DNA of 35,783 nt, taken from assembly GCF_006345805.1 (NCBI RefSeq), contig NW_021826267.1, positions 1 to 35,783 of the forward strand. Direction: 5' to 3'. The position numbers were made by a program, and so were the translations under genes. A model generated the notes under the pieces. That model searched no databases. It was not told the origin of the DNA and saw only the letters and a list, made by a program, of their open reading frames with translations. Positions 11,080-24,132 of the stretch are shown here, piece after piece (position 1 is the stretch's first letter; the number at the start of each line of letters is the position of its first letter). This stretch comes from Octopus sinensis. Taxonomy: Eukaryota.

Positions 11080-11110
11080 CTAGCAGAGATACCAGGTGTT
11101 GCTCGAGATT
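11080..11110 (-). mobile_element. Helitron 3' terminus fragment
   Basis: CTAGCAGAGATACCAGGTGTTGCTCGAG closely matches the reverse complement of the terminus at 30056-30084. Confidence 0.55.
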
Positions 11111-11127
11111 AAGATGGCAAAGTGTAA

Positions 11128-11246
<119 letters not shown>

Positions 11247-12343
11247 GTTGTAGTTATGATGAACATGGGATACGGGAAGTGCAGCATTGACGACAAAACA
11301 TTTGTGGAGTAAATCATGGGCTAATTCGACTAAGCGACATGTCAGGCGTCCGTTTGGAGGATCAGAGGCCCTAACCTGTCATCGGAAATTGGGGCTGGGT
11401 GTATGTGATCTTTGAACGCACTGAAAAGCTGTCAGTGGATATACTGTCTCTTACTGTGATCGGCGCTGCTTCTAGCAGGACCCATAGTATGGTTGACAGT
11501 AAAATGAATGTACGTAAATGGGTACTTTCGGGAAAGGGGCTGCAATGGGAGACGGCAAGAGGGAAGTAATCTGTTGAAATTTTGCAGAAGGCGAAGGGTT
11601 GATATTCGAATAAGAAACATAAACTGAGTCTATGCAGTCACATGAAAATAGGCAGTAATGAATTGCTTGAAAAAATAAGGCTTACCGCGTGGTTGGTAGG
11701 AATAATTGGAGAATATGCATTGATACTGATGTCCATGCATGGATACTGCGGCGCATCATAGGATGTAGTAGAGGACTTCCAGGAAGGCACTGCAGTAGAT
11801 GCTCATTAATTTTACTTACAGTGCTGATTTTTGGAGCCAGTATTGCTCTTTTACACAGCCAACTGAGACTGTGATAATTTTTCGACCAATGGAAGATCTC
11901 TTTGGAGGCATTATGTCAAAAAATATGATGTAATAAAATGAGATGACTATTGTAAATTAATAATGAAAGGTAAATAGTATAAACATCTTAGTAAATTATA
12001 AGAAATGCTTACAATGAACTGAGATGATACTTGTTATGTTAATAATCACTGTCAATAAAAACATTAATTAATATCAATATTTTAAAAAGATGAAAAACGT
12101 TCAGCGGATTAAACACGCTAGTTGTGAGGGAGACAATCAAATTCTGAAAGTTACTTCGCAAAGAATTACCTCCTTTCACCACGTAGCCCAGGAAAGGGTG
12201 TTTTCTGCTCCCAGAAGGCCAATTACTCATTATGTGAAACATTTTAAGAGTCTAAAACCATCTCTGGAACATAAGTAATACATGTTCCCACTTTCGAGAA
12301 AATCAGTGTGAACTTCAGAAGATACACACACACAACCTCACTG

Positions 12344-12384
<41 letters not shown>

Positions 12385-12421
12385 ATATATAATATATATA
12401 TATATATATGTGTGTGTGCTC

Positions 12422-12467
<46 letters not shown>

Positions 12468-13340
12468 TATATATATCACATGAAATTAGCTTTGATGGGC
12501 CTTTACATTTACTCCGACGACTTAACCTAAGCGACTGGAGAAACCCTCGAGTGAAACTTCAACTCCCAGTCAACACAAATTAATAATAAATGTGTTTATA
12601 CTTTCAATATTAAATTTCCACAGCAGTAAATGTTCTGTTGTTATTCTTAAACTCGTTTTAATGTAATAGCCTTAAATTAACATTTACATTTAGATTAATA
12701 TCCTTTAGTTCTTTAGTTTCACTTAGCAGTAACAATCAAAACTATGTTAAATCACAAACTTATGTGAGCGAGTGCGCTTTTGGTGTCCGTGTAGGTTTAG
12801 AGGCATGTGCCAACTCCATGAAAAAATATACTGAGTGATAACGCAACATGGCTTAGAAAACTTACTGGAATTTTCGGCTAGTAATTGTTTGAAAGAAAAC
12901 TGCTTATGTCTTTTCTATGTATTGTAGTAACATATTTTAAAAGTACGACTCTTTATGTGATTGAAAAGTTGTCGCTCGGAATTAGGGTTTATTTTCATTT
13001 TACGTTAGTTTCACATATCAATATCTTTAAATCAAAATATCAGATTTTGTTTATGTGTGAATCACGTATATAGACGATAAATTATAATTAACAACAGAAT
13101 TGAAAGCAATGATACAGAGATGATATTTCTTACATATGGACAAACAGAAAACTGTAGGCTTCATTTCAGCCGAAATGACACATTTCTTTTGTATATATGG
13201 CTTTACGAACACACAAGTACGAATGCATGTTTGTTTGCAGCTTAAATAAAAACATATTGCTCCACATTTAATAATCGACTGCTAATTTGCCACCTTGTTT
13301 TGCACTTATGTGCTCACGTGTGTGTGTGTGTGTGTCCTTA

Positions 13341-13492
13341 GGCGCAGGCGTAGCTGTGTGGTATGAAGCTTGTTTCTCAACCGCATGGTTCCGCGTCCAG
13401 TCCCACCTTGGGCAAATGTCTTCTACTATAGTCTCGGTCCGACCAATGCCTTGTGAGTAGATTTGGTAGGCGGAACCTGAAAGAAGCCCGTT
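13341..13492 (+). mobile_element. SINE family A 5' half
   Basis: Head homologous to 2754-2915; ends at the internal TA tract. Confidence 0.85.
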
Positions 13493-13629
13493 GTATATAT
13501 ATATATATATATATATAAAATATTATTAGAGACAAAACCACTATTTTGCAAAACAAACAAGGAAAGACTTAATCAATACATAAAATTTTAATAAATAGTC
13601 AAAAAATATATATATACATACACATAGAA

Positions 13630-14222
13630 GCAAAATTTCTTTCCTGAGAGATCTTACTGCATGCAATCAAGCCCTATACATAGCATTCGTGGAAACTCAC
13701 CTCAGCCCTGACATAGAGAATGCAGAAGTACACGTACCAAACTATGCCATACTGCGAACAGACAGAAGGGAAAGGAGCCATGGTGGAGTTGCTGTATACA
13801 TCCGTGATGACCTCACACCCCAGGTCTTACTGTCATACTCAAATTCGGTATGTGACACTCTAATTGTATACATAAGACAACATAATATAGTCATATGCAA
13901 TACATATTGCCCACCTGATGCTCCAAACCACATAGGCAAGTTTGAAGATTGCCTCCCAAGAATTAAAGAAATCCTCATGAATCTGGAACACCACGTGACC
14001 ATATTTCTTATGGATGATTTCAACTTCCCCAACGTCAAATGGCCCGAAGGTCTCATACTCTCAGGAATGACTCATTGAAAGCAAACACAGGTGGAGTCCC
14101 TGCTCAACCTCACCAATGCCTTATTCATGGAGCAAGTTGTACTCAAACCAGTTAGGGCGAATAACCTTCTGGATCTCTGCTTCACGAACAATATGGACAT
14201 CATCCATGATGTGAAAGTGACA
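13630..14222 (+). pseudogene. CR1/L2-type LINE APE endonuclease domain, disrupted
   Basis: Motifs ETHL, RTDR..GGVAVYI, YCPP, (G)DFN, and after a stop NNLLDLCFTN. Confidence 0.9.
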
Positions 14223-14979
14223 TGCTTGGGCCGAAAGTAACCAGAGACATACAGCCTAAAGGAAGCACCCGAAATGGCCGAAATGTCTCTCCACACCAGA
14301 CATTGACATGAAACTAGAATGTTTCAGGTCTTCTGTGTATCATACACATTAATACATTAGATGAGAAATTACGATAAACAAATTTATATTTTCTTCACAT
14401 GGTTGTTTACATTTATATATATACACCCATACAGATATGTATGTGTACATATACAAGTATTTTTGTTTATATAAATAAAAATATATACATAGAGCGCTCA
14501 CACAAAGACACGAGCATACATGTACACTTATATACATAAACATACATACATATAAATACATACATACATATAAATACATACATACATACATGCATATACA
14601 CGCTTCACACGAATGCACAAATCAGCATGATACTGTGTGACAAGGCTGTATGGTAGCCCTTCGTATCCTGTCGGATGGATTGCTCAAACCCGACAGATCT
14701 GTAGTTAAACGAGAGCGTCAAACGCACCGCCATAACGACTGGCATAGTAAATTATGAGTGTATTTTACATTATAGAAAACAGATAACGAGTCTACGGTAC
14801 AGCTTCTATGTGGTTTATGGGATGCAAGAAATAACAGTCAAATTCCCTTATGCACTATCCTCTTAATGCAGGAAGGACATGCTGGACAATATAGTTCGGG
14901 GATCTGTAGGGATGAGATAGTGATAACTGAAATATCTCTGATAATAGGTTTCGCTTGATTCAAGATGACTATAGAATAA

Positions 14980-15204
14980 ACATCATCAACATGCTTCTTC
15001 TCATCTTCCTTCTCCACGCCCCTCCTCCTCGTCTACCTCCTCCTCCTCGTCTTCCTCCTCCTCCTCGTCTTCCTCCCCTCCTTGTCTTCCTCCCCCCTCC
15101 TCCCCTCTTCTCTTTCTCGCTCGTCTTCCTCTTCTCCCTGCTTCATCTGCCTCCTCCTTCTCACCACCACCACCACCGCCGCCGCCGTCGTCGTCATCAT
15201 CATC

Positions 15205-15261
<57 letters not shown>

Positions 15262-15298
15262 AGCAGCAACAAAACAACAACGACAACAACAACAGCAA
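14980..15298. repeat. Compound trinucleotide microsatellite (CTT/CCT/CAC/CGC/CAT/CAG/CAA)
   Basis: Successive triplet runs; source of the polyP/H/Q ORFs. Confidence 0.9.
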
Positions 15299-15603
15299 CC
15301 GGAAAAGCAAACGCTTTAAGGAAGTCTGCACTGGAAATAGCGCAAGTGAACTTTTTTAATATGGCGTCGTGACACGGATTGAGAGAAATGTTTGAGCTCT
15401 GATTACAGGTCTAGACTCTTTGTGGATGTATCTTAAGAGAAAGCCTTTACAAAAAGTGGTGAGCTGTGGTTTTATGAGAAAATCTAAAGGATGAGCTTCT
15501 TGGTAATTTAAAGGAGGTAGGAAATTATTTCCCTAAGTAATTAGTTTCTAAAAGGTTCTTCCTTTCAACCCTTCATTACCATATTTTCGCCGGATGAGGA
15601 AAC

Positions 15604-16013
15604 TCTCTACTCTTTTCTTTTACTTCTTTCAGTCATGTGACTGTGGCCATGCTGGAGCACCGCCTTTAGTCGAGCAAATTGACCCCAGGACTTGTTCTTT
15701 GTAAGCCTAGTATTTATTCTATCGGTCTCTTTTGCCGAACCGCATAGTTACGGGGACGTAAACACACCAGCATCGGTTGTCAAGCGATGTTGGTGGGACA
15801 AACACAAACACACAAACATATACATACACATACATATATATACATATATACGACGGGCTTCTTTCAGTTTCCGTCTACCAAATCTACTCACAAGGCTTTG
15901 GTAGGCCCGAGGCTATAGTAGAAGACACTTGTCCAAGTTGCCACGCAGTGGGACTGAACCCGGAACCATGTGGTTCGTAAGCAAGCTACTTACCACACAG
16001 TCACTCCTACGCC
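15604..16013 (-). mobile_element. tRNA-derived SINE, family A, full length
   Basis: Collinear with 1812-2213 over its whole length. Confidence 0.9.
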
Positions 16014-16057
16014 TATAAACTGTTCATATTTTATATAAAGTCTAAGGTGTCAAGCTG

Positions 16058-16253
16058 GGAGAATCGTTACCACACCGGGTAAAATGCTTAGTGGCATTTT
16101 GTCCATCTTTACATTCCAAGGTCAAATTCCGCTGTGATCGACTTTGCCTTTCATCTCTTTCGGGGTTGATAAAATAAGTACCAGCTGAGCACTGAGGTCA
16201 ATATAATCGACTTACCTACTTCATTGAAATAGCTTGCCTTGTGCCAAAATTTG

Positions 16254-16255
<2 letters not shown>
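16058..16255 (+). mobile_element. SINE family B, degenerate
   Basis: Contains the GACTTTGCCTTTCATC..CGGGGTTGATAAAATAAGTACCAG core. Confidence 0.75.
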
Positions 16256-16290
<35 letters not shown>

Positions 16291-16318
16291 TATTCTTCTT
16301 CTTCTTCTTCTTCTTCTT

Positions 16319-16349
<31 letters not shown>

Positions 16350-16364
16350 TTATTATTATTATTA

Positions 16365-16400
<36 letters not shown>
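16256..16400. repeat. (CAT)n-(CTT)n-(TAT)n compound microsatellite
   Basis: Direct observation; abuts the 3' end of the R4/Dong element. Confidence 0.95.
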
Positions 16401-16404
<4 letters not shown>

Positions 16405-17571
16405 TAGTTTTATTTTTATAGCGTGCTTTCACTTCACTAACGAGCGCAGCTCTGTGTGCCTTGGGTATGTGCTGTGATTTGTTGTGATGCTCTGATGGTT
16501 ATTGTATGGAAAGTGTTCTGCGTAGGATGTGTGCAGTGCCTAGTAGTGCAATTTTCTGTATGTTATATGTGTTTGTAAGTCCTGGTGTTTTTGTTATGTA
16601 TTTGTCTGAATATTTTTTTATCATGCCTAATGCACCTGCTATGATAGGAATTGTTTCTGTTTTCAGGTTCCACATTCTAGTTACCTCTATTTCCAGGTCT
16701 TTGTATTTTGAGAGTTTCTCCATTTCTTTTAGAGACACGTTGTCATCTGCCGGTATTGATACATCAATTAGAAAGCATTTTTTTTCTTCATGATCTCTGA
16801 CAACTATATCTGGTCTGTTGGCCTTAATTTCTCTATCTGTGTGTATCGGCATATCCCAGAGTATGGTTGCTTTCTCGTTTTCTGTGACCTTTTCTGGTGT
16901 GTGCCTATACCATCTTTTTCTGTTGTTATTCCATAATGTTGGCATAGCTTCCAATGTATGTAGGTTCCAACTCTGTCATGTCTGTGAATATATTCCTTCT
17001 TAGCCAGGACTGGGCAGCTAGAGATAATATGATTTATTGTTTCTTGTCCATCTCCACATATTCTGCAGTTACTTGTAATATTTCTTTTCATTACATGTTT
17101 TTGGTAATTTCTGGTGGGGAGGCTTTGGTCTTGTGCTGCAATTAAAAATCCCTCTGTTTCTGCTTTGAGTCCTGAGCTTCTCAACCATTGCTGGGATTTT
17201 TCTTTGTCTATTTCTTTTGCGTTTAGTTTAGTGCAATATTTACCATGAAGGGGCTTTTCTTGCCATCGTTTTATCATGGCTCGTTGCTGTTCTATTTTTA
17301 GTTTGGATTTCATTTGTTTTATAGCTTTTGTTGTTTCTTCATCATCTTCTTCTTCTTCTTTGTGTTATTAGGTGGTATGATTTCTTGTTGTATTTGTCAG
17401 CTTCCTTAAATACCGAGAACAGTTTTTTGTTTTGCTCGTGTTTTGCTGCTATCTGGATCAGTTTTCCTTCCTTCTGAAGTAGGTATTTTTGCAGTCCTAT
17501 GGTGGTTATTTTATAGTAGTTTTCCAGCTGTATAAGGCCTCTACCACCTTCTATACGTTGTATATATAGTC

Positions 17572-17573
<2 letters not shown>
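16401..17573 (-). mobile_element. R4/Dong-type REL-endonuclease non-LTR retrotransposon, 5'-truncated, frameshifted
   Basis: EGGRGL, LHGKY, AQDQ, CCHC zinc knuckle CRIC..ETINHIISSC, RHD, RPDIV..IDVSIP..EKLSKY, GALG; flanked on both sides by (TAA)n. Confidence 0.9.
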
Positions 17574-17624
<51 letters not shown>

Positions 17625-17639
17625 TTATTATTATTATTA

Positions 17640-17678
<39 letters not shown>

Positions 17679-17699
17679 CATCATCATCATCATCATCAT

Positions 17700-18182
17700 T
17701 ATATGTTTTACTTTTGCTTTGTATCTGTACAAGTTGACTTCAAGTTTTACCCAGAGAAAAGGTAGAAGTTCAAGTTGGTGTTATGACTAGGGTGCCATAT
17801 ATTCGGTTTTACTCCACGTATTGTTCTAGAGAATGTTTAAGAAAACACAAGAAAATCATAATTTTCTTTTAAAATTTGAGGTTACATAGACAATATTTTA
17901 CGTAGGATATGAGTAGTTCCAACGAGCATTATTTTTTGAATTTCTGCCATTTTGGGATTTCCTGCTATTGAAGCTAGGTAGCAATCATCCCCATTTGCTA
18001 TCATTCCTAATGCACCTATGACAACAAGTATTGTTTTATTCTTGAGGTTCCACATGTTGCCAATTTCTATTTCAAAATCTTTATACTTGCTCAGTTTTTG
18101 GTAGGTCTTGACAGATACATTTATGTCGATTGGGCCAGTCATATCGATGAGGAGGCATGATTTTTGTCTGAAGGCCTTCAAT
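17700..18182 (-). mobile_element. Second R4/Dong-type 3' fragment (different subfamily)
   Basis: CLLIDM..KLSKYKDFEIEI..MWNLK..IGALG..THILRKILS; distinct 3' UTR; flanked by TAT/CAT tracts. Confidence 0.85.
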
Positions 18183-18209
18183 ATTATTATTATTAGTATT
18201 GTTGTTATT

Positions 18210-18530
18210 TTGAATTTTATTCTGCATGTGTCTTACAGTCATTTGCTGGAGCACACCTAGCGTCCTGCGGTGAGTGAAGAATAAGAGATATTACAATATG
18301 ACTGAAAGCATGGGAGATGAGGTAGTGAAATATCTTCATGTAACACAATACAGACATTTAAATGGATAGGGTTTTTAAAGATGTGTGCAGTACAATATTT
18401 TGGATTTCTCTGAGACTTGGTTCACCTGGGATCTTATCTAGCTATTTCTGACATCCCCTTTTTTTTTATTATACCTAGGGCTCCTACAATAATAGGAATA
18501 GTTCTCGTTTTTAAGATGCCACATCTTTTA
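18210..18530 (-). mobile_element. Third R4/Dong-type 3' fragment
   Basis: Minus-strand translation LKTRTIPIIVGALGIIKK..KIPGEPSLREIQ..KTLSI*. Confidence 0.75.
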
Positions 18531-18540
18531 GCCTGGATCG

Positions 18541-18651
18541 TTCTTCTTCTTCTTCTTCTTCTTCTTCTTCTTCTTCTTCTTCTTCTTCTTCTTCTTCTTC
18601 TTCTTCTTCTTCTTCTTCTTCTTCTTCTTCTTCTTCTTCTTCTTCTTCTTC
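18541..18651. repeat. Perfect (TTC)n tract, about 37 units
   Basis: Direct observation. Confidence 0.97.
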
Positions 18652-18754
18652 AGAGTATAAATTTGTAGAATATATTTGTCTTGGCGACGACATTTCAACA
18701 AAAAACGTCATATAGAAAATGTTTTTTTACCGATAATGAAATATATATATGTAC

Positions 18755-18792
<38 letters not shown>

Positions 18793-19039
18793 TATGAACA
18801 ATAAGAGCTTGAAAGCCGGTGTAATTCACATTCCATGCTGAAATAACTACTAGTGGTGGCGATGTATATGAACAACTAAAACACGGAAGGCGGTGTCCCA
18901 GGGTGGCCGCAGTACAATGACTGAGACCAGTAAAAGAATAAAAATCTTAAAGGCGGAATGTACAGTGAAAGCTGAGTTATGACGGCTGAACAGGCAAGTT
19001 GTACAGAAAACTGAAATAACGTCTTGTTTCTTGAAATGA

Positions 19040-19500
19040 ATATGTAAAAGGCAGCATTCTTCCCAGCTGCTTTTCTTATCTTTCAAAATAATATAATACC
19101 TTATAGCTTGACATATTTCTCCATGTAGACCATTATGACATTTGTCTTTTTGGGGTTCAGTGCAACAATTATTATTGTTGTATTTTACAGGAGATAAAGT
19201 AGAAACATTATAGGATGTAGATTTGGTCGTCATAGGGTAGAGAGATCCCGTCCGAACGTAGGGTCAAAAATGTATTACTTTCACTAGCGTAATTATCTCT
19301 CAAGGACTCAGTTAGCCTAGCTATAAATAGATGTTGTGTCTACTTGCATATTATCGCAATGGCCAGTGTCATGATGTCTCGTTATAAATAGTTTCTTTGC
19401 ATTTATGACGCATATGGCTGCACATTTCAAGAGAGTGTAGATATTCAAATATTGGATAAACATAAGACAAAATTGTCCTATGAGCAATAATGCCATTCGC
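19040..19500 (-). pseudogene. Decayed piggyBac (PGBD4-like) transposase core
   Basis: Ordered fragments across frames: LLLIGQ..FIQYL, KKLFITRHHDTGHCDNMQVDT, RLTESL, DNY..FLTLRSDGI, GEI, LKDKK..CLLHIH. These parallel piggyBac motifs F.QY, IKL....TGY..NF.VYTG, DN.YTS..LF..L...GI, W.DKK.V..LST.H. Confidence 0.55.
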
Positions 19501-19504
19501 ATAA

Positions 19505-19889
19505 GGCGGTGAGCTGGCAGAAAAGTTATCACGCCGGGCGAAATGTTTCATCTGCCGTTACGTTCTGAGTTCAAATACCACCAAAGTCGACTTTGCCTTT
19601 CATCCTTTCGGGGTCGATAAATTAAGTACCAGTTACCCACTGGAGTCGATATAATCGACTTAATCCGTTTGTCTGTCCTTGTTTGTCCCCTCTGTGTCTA
19701 GCCCCTTATAGGTAGTAAAGAAATAGGTATTTAGTCTGTCGTTACGTTCTGAATTCAAATTCTGTCAAGTTCGACTTTGCCTTTTATCCTTTCGGGGTTT
19801 GTAAATAAGTACCAGTTGTGTACTGGGGGTCGATGTAATCGACTGGCCCGCTCCTCAAAATTTCGGGCCTTGTATCTAAAGTAGAAAAG
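19505..19889 (+). mobile_element. SINE family B dimer
   Basis: Full monomer to about 19725, then a headless second monomer with a different tail. Confidence 0.85.
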
Positions 19890-20510
19890 AATGCCGTTCG
19901 TATACTGCAGTAGCTTATAAACGAAAGCGAGTATTTTATTCGCTTCAAGCCGTTGATTTAAATGGCAAAAAAAAAAAAAAAAAGCAAACAACGAGCGCCT
20001 GACATGTGTATATTCAGAAAGGGAGGTCACCTGGCCACCCCCAACAACTAGACATACAGAAGACTATATAAGTTTACATTATTTAGTATCTACTTTAAAT
20101 GATGCCTTTGCCATCTCTGAAGCAGGCGGAGCTCATACAACAGAGATCAATCGAGTCCTTTCCGCCTTGAAATCCCTACCCGCCAAAAAATTACAAAAAG
20201 AAAGAAAAAACTATAGCTGATTGTATAACACTGCAATGATTTAGCTGTGTGCTGATTTGGGATGACAGCAGACACGATGAACCTAGACTTTCAAATGGCT
20301 TGATATGAGGATATTGTAGGAGATGTAACGTAAATACCGAGCGTAGATGGCAATAATTGAGCCAGCTACTTGTGTTATTACGTTAAGCAGTAATATGGAC
20401 AGTTCAATGAAGCTAATGTGGAGAAACGAGGTCAACAAAATAGAGATCATTGCAAAGGGAGAGAAATCAGGAATAAGTGGAGGATGAAACAGATGTACGG
20501 AATAGTTATA

Positions 20511-20733
20511 GGTGCAGACTTAGCTGTGTGGTAAGAAGTTTACTTTCCAGCCACATGGGTCTGGGTTCAGTCCCACTGCGTGCCATCTTGGAGACTTCAA
20601 CTTTAGTGTCAGGCCAACTGTAGTTGTTATTTATTATAAAGAACCCAGTTCCGTTATTGGTATTGTAATTCTGTGAATAGATTTGGTAAACGGAAACTGA
20701 AGGAAGCCTCACATATATATGTGTGTGCGCGTG

Positions 20734-20772
<39 letters not shown>

Positions 20773-20990
20773 TTGTGCGAGTGTATGTTTGTGTGCGTTT
20801 GTGTCTGCCCACCACCAGCAGCACCACCACCACCGCTTGATGACTGGTATTGGTGTGTCTACGTCCCCGTAACTTGGCGGTTCGGCAAAAAACGCCGATA
20901 TGATAAGTATCAAGCTTAAAATATAAGCACTGGGGTCGATTCATTCGACTAGAATTCTTCAAGGCTCGCATAGCTGAAACAAGTGAAAGG
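20511..20990 (+). mobile_element. Older SINE family A copy
   Basis: Degenerate head, internal TG tract, CGTAACTTGGCGGTTCGGCAAAA body, CTGAAACAAGT tail. Confidence 0.8.
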
Positions 20991-21701
20991 TAGAACGATA
21001 TGAAAGCGAGAATACGTGAAATATTTAGCTTTGGAAGTAGTAAGAACAATGGCTGTTGTTGTGGTGGTGGTGTTGGTGGTGGTTTTGATGGTGGTGGTGG
21101 TGGTGATGAGGATAATGATGGGGAGGAGGAGGAGGAAGACGATGATTACGTCGATGACCACGACGATGGTGACATTGATGATGATACTTTGTGCATCGAG
21201 TTGTTCGGCCGTATGAATTATGTACGTTTTGAACTATCTGCGTACTCCGCGGACATATGTACCATGAACATAATTTCCCAGAACAATCTGCTTGAAATGT
21301 AAACGACAAGGTGCTTTAATTACAGTTGCAGTCGGCCCGACATGCTTCCGCTGCTTCCATTTCTACTTAAATTCACTTAGAAGGTTTGGAAAAGAATTTT
21401 CGTTTGCTTGTCGAAGAACATAAGAGATCAATGTTGAATGGAAGCAAAGCAAAGCTTTTCTCAGAAAATTCAAACATCTTATTGCCGGGACTTTTAGACG
21501 AGCCAACGGCAGAGAACTATACCTAAATACTGCTAGTAATGAAAGCGCCTAGCATCGTAATTTTGAAATATCTATAAAACCGTCAAAAGCTTGTTTAAAA
21601 ATTTTTTTTTTTATTTATTATTAGTATTGCTTAATACATTTTGATAAAATTGTTATTTATTTTCAGATATCATCAGAAAAAGGTAATTAAAATTCATTAA
21701 A

Positions 21702-22080
21702 ATGACAGATCTATCGGACTTTCAAAGAGGTCAAATTGTTGGTGCTCGTATGACAGGCGCTAGCGTATCGAAAACAGTCGAAATGTTTGGTCTATCAAGA
21801 AGTACTATCTCGAAAGTAATGACAGCCTTTAAGAAAGGGGGAAAACCACCTTGTCGAAACAAAACTCCGGAAGTAAACCAAAATTTTCAGATAGGGACCG
21901 TCGGATTCTTACGCGAATTGTTAGAAAGGATCACAAAAGTACAGCTCCCAAAATTGCTGCCGAGCTTAATGACCACCCCGAGAACCCAGTTTCCACAAAA
22001 ACTGTTCGCCGGGAGCTTCACAAAGCCGGATTTCACGGGAGGGCCACAAAAATCCCCGCTACTTTCAAAAACAAACACTC
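21702..22080 (+). pseudogene. Tc1-family transposase N-terminal (bipartite HTH) fragment
   Basis: LSDFQRGQIVGAR..; frameshift near 21845; SG.KPKFSDRDRR..VSTKTVRRELHKAGFHGR; no catalytic domain. Confidence 0.88.
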
Positions 22081-22089
22081 AGCAAGCTC

Positions 22090-24095
22090 ATCAAAAGACT
22101 TAATAACAAAAATCAATCAATTAAAATGCATCCACATTCAACAGCAATGAAAGGCTGGGGTTGGAAAAACTTCAACTGCAAACCAACATGAAAAACTCCA
22201 TTGAAAATCAAAGAGCTGCAGAGGAACAGTGGATAATAAAAAAAAATCAAACAGAACACAAAAGTGTTCTATTCATATGCAAATAAGCGTAGGACCGCTG
22301 TCTCACCCATTGATCCATTGATCGATCTTAACAGAATTCTCCAACACGATGCTAAAGAAATGGCTGAAGTACTGCAGAAACAATACTGCTCTGTCTTTAG
22401 TGATCCCACTGATATTGACGTAAGGGATGTGAATGAAGTCGATTCCCAACACATAATCTCGGACATAACCTTTACTGCTTCAGTCATCATAGCAGCAATA
22501 AAAAAGATCAAATACTTTTCTGCTGTAGGCCCTGATAGATTCCTCGCTAGTCTGCTGAAGGAATGTAGACATCAACTCGCAGTCATTCTGACCAACCCCT
22601 GGAGAAATTCTTTAGACTCAGGTTATATACCGAAACAGCTCTTATCCCGGTTTTCAAACAGGGAATCAGATCCCTCGCAGTCCACTATCGGCCAATCTCA
22701 CTCACCCTTCATATTATTAAAGTGTTTGAAAGGGTGGTAAGATTAAGGATAGCTGGCTTCCTGGAAAGTCACAATCTCCTAAATTCAAACCAGTATGGAT
22801 TTTGCTTCGGCAGGGACTGTATATCACAGTTCTTACACCACATCGACAATATCCTTAAAGCCTTGGGAATAAGTTCGAACTCTGATGTCATATATCTTGG
22901 ATTCAGTAAAACTTTCAACAGAGTTAACTATAATATTCTATTGTCAAACTTGTCAGATGTTGGAATCCGTGGGAAACCTCTACACAGGATTGAGTATTTC
23001 CTGAAGAACAGGACACAACATGCTGTGATCGGTGGCATCCTCTCAGGTCCTGCAAAGACATCAGTGTTCTTGGGCCCGCTCCTCTGTCTTGGGCCCGTTC
23101 CTTTTTATAATCTATATAAACGACCTTTCCAGCGTCATAAAACACAGCAAAGTGAAAATATTCACTGATGACTCTAACCTCCAGAAAATTATCAATGAAG
23201 AAGACTGAACTCAACTCCAGTCTGATCTTCATGATGTGAGTCAATAGGCAGACACACAAAATGTTACTAAATGAGGAAAAATTTGAGCTGATGCATTTTG
23301 GAAAAAAGTTTATGCTAAATCAGTCATACCCTCTTCCTTCACGGAAACCTCTAACAGCATCTAATAATATCAGAGACCTAGGAGTAATTGTTGATCACAA
23401 TCTAAGTTGGAGTGCCCACATCAACAATAATGTCGATATAGCTTGTAGGTTGGCCTCCTGGATCGGCAGAACCTTGCGGTCCAGAGAACAAGGCGTCATC
23501 ATTCAACTCTTCCCCTCCTTTGTACAGCCGCACCCCGAATACTAATGCCCCCTGTGATCTCCCCATAAAAAACAAAATATCTCGAAAATTAAATCATCCC
23601 AGATGTCATTCACTAAAAGAATTAAGTGCCTGACCGATCTCGATTATTGGGACTTCCATAAAGCATTGAAACTCTATTCTCTCCAGAGCCGCCGTGAGCG
23701 ATACATCATTTGCACGATGTGGAGAATATACCACAAGCATTGCCCAAACGACCTCAACATTATCTTCAAAATTCATCCAAGGCTACCCAATTCCGGATTA
23801 TAACATGCACTGCAACACAGTTTCTTTTCCGCAACAGATTCAGCCCTATTTAATATTGTCACCAAACAGATCAAAGAGGAAAAGGATCCCATTACGTTTA
23901 ACCGGAATCTGGACAAATTTCTTCAACGAATACCAGATAAGCCACATAAACCTGGATACAACTCACTCAACAAGAACTCCCTACACGAATGGACCATGAT
24001 ACCACAAAACTTGACTTAAAAAGGATTTAAATAATCCTATTAGTTGATGCTATTAAGTTAGACACGGCCCGAACCAATCTTTGATCGAGACATAT
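22090..24095 (+). mobile_element. CR1/L2-type LINE, RT and 3' end, many frameshifts and stops
   Basis: FYSY, AVGPD, YRPISLT, NQYGF, DVIYLGFSKTF, LGP, YINDL, FTDD, RDLGV, LYSLQSRRERY in the expected order. Confidence 0.92.
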
Positions 24096-24101
24096 ATAAT
24101 T

Positions 24102-24132
<31 letters not shown>

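Noticed and set aside
11330-11900. Possible decayed LINE C-terminus on the minus strand
   Set aside because: Only vague motif echoes; too degenerate to call without a search.
14955-15359. PolyP/H/Q transcription-factor-like ORF
   Set aside because: Entirely compound triplet repeat, open in several frames, with no domain.
21186-21300. Possible Cys-containing minus-strand exon
   Set aside because: Weak splice signals and no recognisable homology; cannot be supported.
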